Assembly (NCBI GenBank): GCA_002772705.1
Contig: PFDH01000011.1
Location: forward strand, 2,832-34,542
Direction of reading: 5' to 3'
Length of the DNA stretch: 31,711 nt
DNA from: Candidatus Pacebacteria bacterium CG10_big_fil_rev_8_21_14_0_10_44_11
GTDB lineage: Bacteria > Patescibacteriota > Microgenomatia > UBA1400 > PJMF01
The translations under genes and the position numbers were made by a program. Below, one piece after another: positions 26,106-31,711 of this stretch; the stretch's first letter is position 1; each line of letters begins with the position of its first letter. The notes below the pieces were generated by a model. The model saw only the letters and a program-made list of their open reading frames with translations. It was not told where the DNA came from and made no database searches.

Positions 26106-26462
26106 ATGCCAAGAACAAAAGCTGGAACCACCAGAAAAGCTCGCCACAATAAAGTTTTGGATCAAACCAAGGGGTTCAGAGGCACCAACAACAGATTATA
26201 CAAACGCGCCAAAGAGGCGTTGCTGCACGCAGGTATGTACGCCTACATTGGCCGCAAGTTGCGCAAACGTGACATGCGTCGATTATGGATTGTCCGAATC
26301 AACGCTGCTCTAAAGCAAGTTGATGAAAACTTACAATACTCCAGATTCATCAAGTCAATGAAAGATTCTAAAGTAGCGATTGATCGAAAAATGTTAGCCG
26401 AATTAGCTGTTTCAGACTTTACCACTTTTACAAAAGTAGTCCAAGCAGTGCGGCAGGCATAA
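26106..26462 (+). CDS. rplT: 50S ribosomal protein L20
   Basis: MPRTK, KGFRG, RKLRKRDMRRLWIVRINAA, DRKMLAELA. Confidence 0.96.
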   Translation: MPRTKAGTTRKARHNKVLDQTKGFRGTNNRLYKRAKEALLHAGMYAYIGRKLRKRDMRRLWIVRINAALKQVDENLQYSRFIKSMKDSKVAIDRKMLAELAVSDFTTFTKVVQAVRQA

Positions 26463-26482
26463 TTATCAGAAAAATGAAACAG

Positions 26483-26507
26483 AAGCCCCGCACAAACGGG
26501 GCTTTTT
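26483..26507 (+). terminator. Intrinsic terminator after rplT
   Basis: AAGCCCCG-CACAAA-CGGGGCTT followed by a T run. Confidence 0.88.
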
Positions 26508-26568
26508 AGTTGTTGTACGTGAGGTTCTCTTTAAGAGAGGAGAAAATCGGGTATACTAGATGGTACGT

Positions 26569-27606
26569 ATGACTCTAGATGAACTCAAAGACCAGATCAA
26601 GACAATTCAACTGCAGTTTGAGACAGAGACTTCTGCTGAGGGTTTACGAACTAAATATTTGGGCAAAAAGGGTCTCTTTAATCTGCTGGCCAAATCTATT
26701 GGAAAAGTGGACTTAGACTCACGAGTCAAAGCTGGCCAACAACTCAATTTTTTGAAGGCTTACTTAAACAACAAAATCACCCAAAAAGAGCGGCAAGTTC
26801 AGGCTAATCTGCCTTGGCTGGATTTTACTTTGCCAGGACTCAAACCAAAAGTTGGCCACGTCCACCCAATTTCACAGGCCATGGCCGAGATTACTGGTAT
26901 TTTTGAACGGATTGGTTTTACCCGTGTCCGTTACCCAGAAGTTGATTGGGACTGGTATGTTTTTGAAAGCCTGAACATGCCGCCCAACCACCCAGCCCGG
27001 GATGAGTGGGAAACTTTTTTTGTTGACACGCCAGTTGACCAAAAAAAAGGCAAGTTAGTGCTAACGACCCACACTTCTAACGGGCAGGTGAGAGAAATGG
27101 AGCGATTAGGTTCGCAGCCACCAATTAGAATGATCAACATTGCCCGCTGTTATCGCCGACAACAAGATGCCACCCACACCCAGATGTTCCACCAGTTTGA
27201 AGGTTTGGTAGTTGACAAAGGCATTAACATTCAACATTTGAAAGGGACATTAGATTATTTTGCCCAAGAATTTTATGGCCCCGGCACCAAAAGCCGAATT
27301 AGACCCTTTCATTTTCAGTTTACCGAGCCCTCATTTGAAGTCGACTTTAGCTGTCACATTTGTGGCGGCACCGGACAGGTTGACGGCAACAAGTGCAAGT
27401 TCTGCAAATCGGGTTGGCACGAAGTCGGCGGGGCAGGGATGGTTCACCCCAACGTCTTGAAAGCTGGCGGCATTGACCCCGAGGTCTACACCGGTTTTGC
27501 TTTTGGTTGGGGAGTGGAGAGAACTTATACGCTTAAAGAAGGTTTGAACATTGATGATATTAGATTGTTATACAGTGGTGATTTAAGATTTTTGGAGCAG
27601 TTCTGA
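26569..27606 (+). CDS. pheS: Phenylalanine--tRNA ligase alpha subunit (start 26569 or 26560)
   Basis: GHVHPI, NMPPNHPARDEWETF, ARCYRR, HTQMFHQFEG, FQFTEPS, GAGMVHPNV, GFAFGWGVER. Confidence 0.96.
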   Translation: MTLDELKDQIKTIQLQFETETSAEGLRTKYLGKKGLFNLLAKSIGKVDLDSRVKAGQQLNFLKAYLNNKITQKERQVQANLPWLDFTLPGLKPKVGHVHPISQAMAEITGIFERIGFTRVRYPEVDWDWYVFESLNMPPNHPARDEWETFFVDTPVDQKKGKLVLTTHTSNGQVREMERLGSQPPIRMINIARCYRRQQDATHTQMFHQFEGLVVDKGINIQHLKGTLDYFAQEFYGPGTKSRIRPFHFQFTEPSFEVDFSCHICGGTGQVDGNKCKFCKSGWHEVGGAGMVHPNVLKAGGIDPEVYTGFAFGWGVERTYTLKEGLNIDDIRLLYSGDLRFLEQF

Positions 27607-27836
27607 TGGCACTCAAGCTAGATACATTACTAACTGATATATTGACTTCTTTGGCACAAGCAATTTTTGGTGTTTTTCTTTTATATAGCTTTTTAATTAA
27701 TTCATGCTTTGATTCAAAGTGCACATTTTATCGAAACACTACCACAATAATTACTATTAATGTTGTTGCTTTTCTTGTGTTTCTAGCATTAATTGTTACT
27801 GTGCGCAGTTACATACGTAAAAGAACCGCTAAATAA
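27606..27836 (+). CDS. Small two-TM hypothetical membrane protein between pheS and pheT
   Basis: TGATG coupling to the pheS stop, two hydrophobic helices, basic C-terminus, fills the pheS-pheT gap; AT-rich. Confidence 0.65.
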   Translation: MALKLDTLLTDILTSLAQAIFGVFLLYSFLINSCFDSKCTFYRNTTTIITINVVAFLVFLALIVTVRSYIRKRTAK

Positions 27837-27844
27837 TAATTTTT

Positions 27845-29818
27845 ATGAACATCCTTATCCCTCACTCCTGGCTTTTAGAACACTTAGACACTGACGCTTC
27901 GCCAAAAGAAATTCAGCGTTTGTTGTCGCTTTCTGGTCCTTCAATTGAACGGATTTACCAAAAAGATGGTGAAGCCGTTTATGACATCGAAGTCACCACC
28001 AATCGGGTTGACTCTATGTCAGTCCGGGGTATTGCTCGCGAGGCAGCGGTGATCCTCAAACAAGCCGGTCGCAAAACAGAACTTCAGCCGTTGTCAAACC
28101 CTCAATTTGAGAGCAACAATCAGCTGCCAATTCCCAAAATTGAGAATAACCCTGTTTTTTGCAAACGAATTATTTGTATTGTGTTATCAAACATTCAACA
28201 TAATCCAACCCCAGCATTAATGGCCAAACGCTTAACCCAAATTGACCAAAATATTCATGATGCCGCGATTGATATCACCAACTATGTTTCTCATGAACTT
28301 GGCCATCCCTGTCACGCCTTTGACTACGACAAAATCATGAAGCTAGGCGGAGTAATAAAAGTCAAAGAAGCCGCCGCCGGCAAAAAGTTTATCACTCTGG
28401 ATAAAGAAGAGTACCAAACAGTTGGCGGCGAAATTGTCTTTGAAAACGATCAAGGAGAAATTATTGACTTCCCAGCCATCAAAGGCACTGCCAACACCGC
28501 GGTTGATAACTCCACCAACAATATTTTATTTTGGATCGAGTCACTTTCGGCAGAGAAAGTGCGATTTGGTTCAATGTCCCATGCCATCAGAACGGTCGCG
28601 GCGCAACTGAATGAAAAAAATGTTGATCCCTATTTAGCCGAACCAGTCTTGCGAAGAGCAGTAGAGTTATATCAACAATTTTGCAATGCAAAAGTAGCAA
28701 GCGAGATTTACGATGACTTCCCCACACCACCACAAATGCAACCAGTTGCGGTTACAAAACAAAAAGTGTCAACTTACCTGGGAATTGAGTTAGAAAATCA
28801 AATTATCACTAATATTCTAAAAAGTTTGGGTTGTACAGTTGATTGGAAGAATGACTCAACGTTTCAGGTCACGCCACCAACTTTTAGACCTGATCTGACT
28901 ATTCCAGCCGATATCATTGAGGAGCTTGCTAGAATTTATGGTTATCACCACCTGCCAAGTGCTTTAATGGCAACCGCCATTCCGCTAACAAAGCCAGAAA
29001 ATTCTTTCTTCAACACGGAGGCGCGAATCAAGCAGTTTTTAGCTGATCTTGGTTGGCAAGAAGTCTACACCTACTCAATGGTCAGTGAACAAATTGCCCT
29101 TGAGTCAGGATGTCCGATAGATCAACATCTAAAACTTCAAAATCCACTAACCGAAGATCGAGTTTATCTGAGACGCTCAGTCCTGCCTTCACTCAATGAA
29201 GTTTTAGACAACAACCCAGAACATCCAGATTTGTCGGTGTTTGAAATCGCTAACGTTTACCATCCCCAATCAAATGAGCTACCTGATGAGGTTCTGATGC
29301 TGACATTACTTTCACCACAGAGTTATCGTCAGAGTAGGGGAGTGTTGGAAACCCTGTTGAAGCAATTTTTTATCACTGATCTTATTGTCACGCCAACATC
29401 AGAAACTGAGGCTGCAATCCAAATTATTCAAAATGCTGAGCAGATTGAAATTGGCAAAGTTGTAAGATTAGATTTTCGGATTGGTTTTGCAATTGAAATG
29501 CGAAAACTGCAACCCTTGCTTAAGAATCACCCACGTTATCAACCATTAGCCAAGTCAGCCCCAATCAAAGAGGACTTGACTTTCCAGTTTCCGTCACAAA
29601 CCACAATTGGTATTGTCACTTCAGCCATCAAAAGTGCCAGTAATTTAGTGAAAACGGTTGAGTTAAAAGAAATTTATGAGCAAAACTTTACTTTTACGAT
29701 GACCTATAATCACCAAACTCAGTCACTTTCATCAGCAGAAGTGGAGCCAATTAGAAAAGCAATTGTCCAGATCTTAACAGAAAGATTTCAAGGCAAACTT
29801 ATCGGTTCACTTCAATGA
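27845..29818 (+). CDS. pheT: Phenylalanine--tRNA ligase beta subunit lacking the B2 OB-fold
   Basis: DIEVTTNRVD, DITNYV, GHPCHAFD, B5 PTFRPDL...DIIEELARIYGY, LRRSVLP, C-terminal FDX-ACB-like domain. Confidence 0.93.
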   Translation: MNILIPHSWLLEHLDTDASPKEIQRLLSLSGPSIERIYQKDGEAVYDIEVTTNRVDSMSVRGIAREAAVILKQAGRKTELQPLSNPQFESNNQLPIPKIENNPVFCKRIICIVLSNIQHNPTPALMAKRLTQIDQNIHDAAIDITNYVSHELGHPCHAFDYDKIMKLGGVIKVKEAAAGKKFITLDKEEYQTVGGEIVFENDQGEIIDFPAIKGTANTAVDNSTNNILFWIESLSAEKVRFGSMSHAIRTVAAQLNEKNVDPYLAEPVLRRAVELYQQFCNAKVASEIYDDFPTPPQMQPVAVTKQKVSTYLGIELENQIITNILKSLGCTVDWKNDSTFQVTPPTFRPDLTIPADIIEELARIYGYHHLPSALMATAIPLTKPENSFFNTEARIKQFLADLGWQEVYTYSMVSEQIALESGCPIDQHLKLQNPLTEDRVYLRRSVLPSLNEVLDNNPEHPDLSVFEIANVYHPQSNELPDEVLMLTLLSPQSYRQSRGVLETLLKQFFITDLIVTPTSETEAAIQIIQNAEQIEIGKVVRLDFRIGFAIEMRKLQPLLKNHPRYQPLAKSAPIKEDLTFQFPSQTTIGIVTSAIKSASNLVKTVELKEIYEQNFTFTMTYNHQTQSLSSAEVEPIRKAIVQILTERFQGKLIGSLQ

Positions 29819-31083
29819 AAGTTGACCTCAAAAAAATATTTTCTTGGTTAGTTGGAATCTTGATTATTATCGCTCCCAGCAATTTATTTTTGGTTCTCAA
29901 TCAATCGGCTGGTTATGTCAATGGTTTGCGAATTGACTATTTAATTCCTAAGTTCTATTTGATCGATGCAGTTGTTGTGGTGACAATTGCCGTTGGCGCC
30001 GCTCTATTGAATCAGGGTCAAAAGCGTGAGTTTCAAAATATTTTTTTTAACCAAAAAAATCGGTTGCTATTTTTCTGTTTGACTATGCTGATCGTTGCTC
30101 AATTTTTTTCTTCTCAATCACTCATTGGTATGCTGACCACCATAAAAATTGCGGCATTTTCCAGTTTAAGCTGGCTGCTACTTGTTCACAAAAAATTAGT
30201 CGTAACGGAGATAATTCAGCTATCTTTAATTATCTCAATTGCCGTTCAGCTCTGTTTTGCCATCGGCCAAAGCCTTACCCAACACTCACTCGCTCCCTAT
30301 TGGCTATCAGGCGAATCAAAACTAACCTCATCAATGATCGGTTTAGCCCGAGGAACATTTAACGGGGAAGAGCGATTGCTGGCGTATGGCACCACCGCTC
30401 ATCCCAATATTTTGGCTGGAGTGATGGTACTTTTTTCATTAGCGCTAATTACAAGCTTAAGAAATAAAAATAGTGGTGCGGTTGGTTTGTCATTGATACC
30501 GGCACTACTGATTATCTTTCTCACTCAAAGTGTGACCGCGTTGTTAGCATTAGTCATTGGCTTAGCAATTTGGTTGCTACAAAAATACCGGCCAAAGTTC
30601 CAAAAAAATTTGATGATATTTGGTCTATTGTTGGTGATAATCAACCCCTGGCTGTTACAATTACTTTCAACTGGCTTCAATTCGACCTCAATTGAGAGAA
30701 GAGTCTATCTAAACCAAGCAGCTGTCCAAATACTAATGAAGCGCCCCATCACTGGAGTTGGCCTGGGCAACTTCACTGGTGTCTTAGAAACCTACTCAAC
30801 TAATCCTGAATTTGTCCGTTTTATTCAACCAGCACATAATGTTTTCTGGTTGCTAGCTGCAGAAACCGGATTGATTGGCATGATGATACTAGCAATTTTA
30901 GGCAAAAAATTACTTAACCAGCCGCCATCGCCACTGCTTTTGGCGTTGATTCCACTGTTAGCCTTTGATCATTATCTGCTGACGGTTGAATCAGGACTAC
31001 TTGCACTAGTATTATTTCCATTTGTAATCCAACCAACGCCATCTTCAAAGGCTAAAGTGCCTCTAAAGGGTCGCTCTCGCTGA
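29815..31083 (+). CDS. O-antigen ligase-like (Wzy_C) membrane protein
   Basis: AYGTTAHPNILAG, LTQS, ITGVGLGNF, QPAHNVFWLLAAETG, FDHYLLT; ATGA overlap with pheT. Confidence 0.85.
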   Translation: MKVDLKKIFSWLVGILIIIAPSNLFLVLNQSAGYVNGLRIDYLIPKFYLIDAVVVVTIAVGAALLNQGQKREFQNIFFNQKNRLLFFCLTMLIVAQFFSSQSLIGMLTTIKIAAFSSLSWLLLVHKKLVVTEIIQLSLIISIAVQLCFAIGQSLTQHSLAPYWLSGESKLTSSMIGLARGTFNGEERLLAYGTTAHPNILAGVMVLFSLALITSLRNKNSGAVGLSLIPALLIIFLTQSVTALLALVIGLAIWLLQKYRPKFQKNLMIFGLLLVIINPWLLQLLSTGFNSTSIERRVYLNQAAVQILMKRPITGVGLGNFTGVLETYSTNPEFVRFIQPAHNVFWLLAAETGLIGMMILAILGKKLLNQPPSPLLLALIPLLAFDHYLLTVESGLLALVLFPFVIQPTPSSKAKVPLKGRSR

Positions 31084-31706
31084 CTTTTCATAACCCGGGC
31101 ATTACGACAGCGTTCATCAAACTTCACTGCTTGCCTAAAATCATTGGGATTATCAAGTTGCTCTGCTTTGTTATTAAGATCAGACCGGATATTATCCCAA
31201 TCTGCTCTATAACTGAGGATCTCTTCAATAAAGGGCAAAAACCCTAACTGCCAAACATACTGGGAAATAACGGCAACTACTTCGCTGCGTGGGGCGCTAG
31301 GTGCCCTGCAAGCAATGCCAAGACTGATCCATGCCTGGAGAATTTTATATAAACCCGAAAAATTGGGATCGTTTAAACTCATGCCTCTGAACAGTATGTA
31401 CTGCAAAGGAAATTCTTCACCTTTTTTGAGCCGCCGATCAAATTCTTGGGTGGCACACCGATGTCCCCGAAGAGTTAACTCGCCGATGGTTAAGTTTGAA
31501 GCTCCTTCAAGTAGAACTTTTAGCTCCTCAAATTCAGTGCCATTATTGCCGATCCATGCACAACGTTCTTTCCTTGATCCCACTGGGGTCTTGGCTAAAA
31601 TGGAGTGTATCTCTGCCAAAACTTTTGCTTGCATCTCCCCATCCGTTATTGCTAGGACAGTTGACGTGCTTAACCGAGCTGGCTGGCATTCTGTTATGTT
31701 ACCCAT
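30972..31706 (-). CDS. Hypothetical protein (possibly 5'-partial), possible atypical receiver-like domain
   Basis: 244-aa ORF, no in-frame stop before the window edge; 112-nt convergent overlap with the ligase gene. Confidence 0.6.
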   Translation of the reverse strand: MGNITECQPARLSTSTVLAITDGEMQAKVLAEIHSILAKTPVGSRKERCAWIGNNGTEFEELKVLLEGASNLTIGELTLRGHRCATQEFDRRLKKGEEFPLQYILFRGMSLNDPNFSGLYKILQAWISLGIACRAPSAPRSEVVAVISQYVWQLGFLPFIEEILSYRADWDNIRSDLNNKAEQLDNPNDFRQAVKFDERCRNARVMKSQRERPFRGTLAFEDGVGWITNGNNTSASSPDSTVSR

Positions 31707-31711
31707 AAGAC

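Noticed and set aside
27352-27406. CxxC...CxxC motif in PheS
   Set aside because: Zn-ribbon-like insertion known from many bacterial PheRS alpha subunits
269-31708. Remaining 60-185 aa ORFs nested in or antisense to long genes (e.g. 464-808, 4163-4612, 10555-11106, 13143-13577, 25344-25682)
   Set aside because: Shadow frames of well-supported genes with no recognisable motifs or expression signals
1-31711. Alternative genetic code (TGA recoded), CRISPR array, prophage or defence island
   Set aside because: Conserved genes (gap, pheS, pheT, miaA) end at TGA at their expected lengths; no regular repeat-spacer arrays or phage/defence-type genes seen

Overview
A gene-dense, almost entirely housekeeping window in the standard genetic code. 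Inferred source is a reduced-genome Patescibacteria/CPR bacterium, probably Microgenomates, based on the short TIM, PPIase-less trigger factor, B2-less PheT, DUF5660-like gene and single-gene transcription units; this is not a database assignment. It carries clpB (5'-truncated), tRNA-Ile, lon, a PEGA lipoprotein with a GT-C-like membrane protein, tpiA, uvrD/pcrA, a FemAB ligase, pyrH-gap, a ComM/YifB ATPase, a CAP protein, RNase P RNA, a GDPD, an AI-2E transporter, miaB-miaA, an EamA transporter, an MsrQ-like membrane protein, tRNA-Cys, tig, tRNA-Val, infC-rpmI-rplT, pheS-(small ORF)-pheT and an O-antigen-ligase-like gene. I saw no integrase, transposase, prophage, CRISPR array or multi-gene defence system. 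The most interesting signals are non-coding: (1) an unexplained 161-nt long irregular hairpin filling the miaB-miaA spacer, with G-U pairs favouring the antisense (+) strand (6S-like ncRNA candidate); (2) a CIRCE-like HrcA operator over the lon promoter; (3) a recurring pattern of -10 boxes 5-9 nt before start codons with no Shine-Dalgarno, suggesting leaderless mRNAs, which also corrects several ORF starts. Several core proteins also show specific domain losses. All structural and family calls were made by eye.
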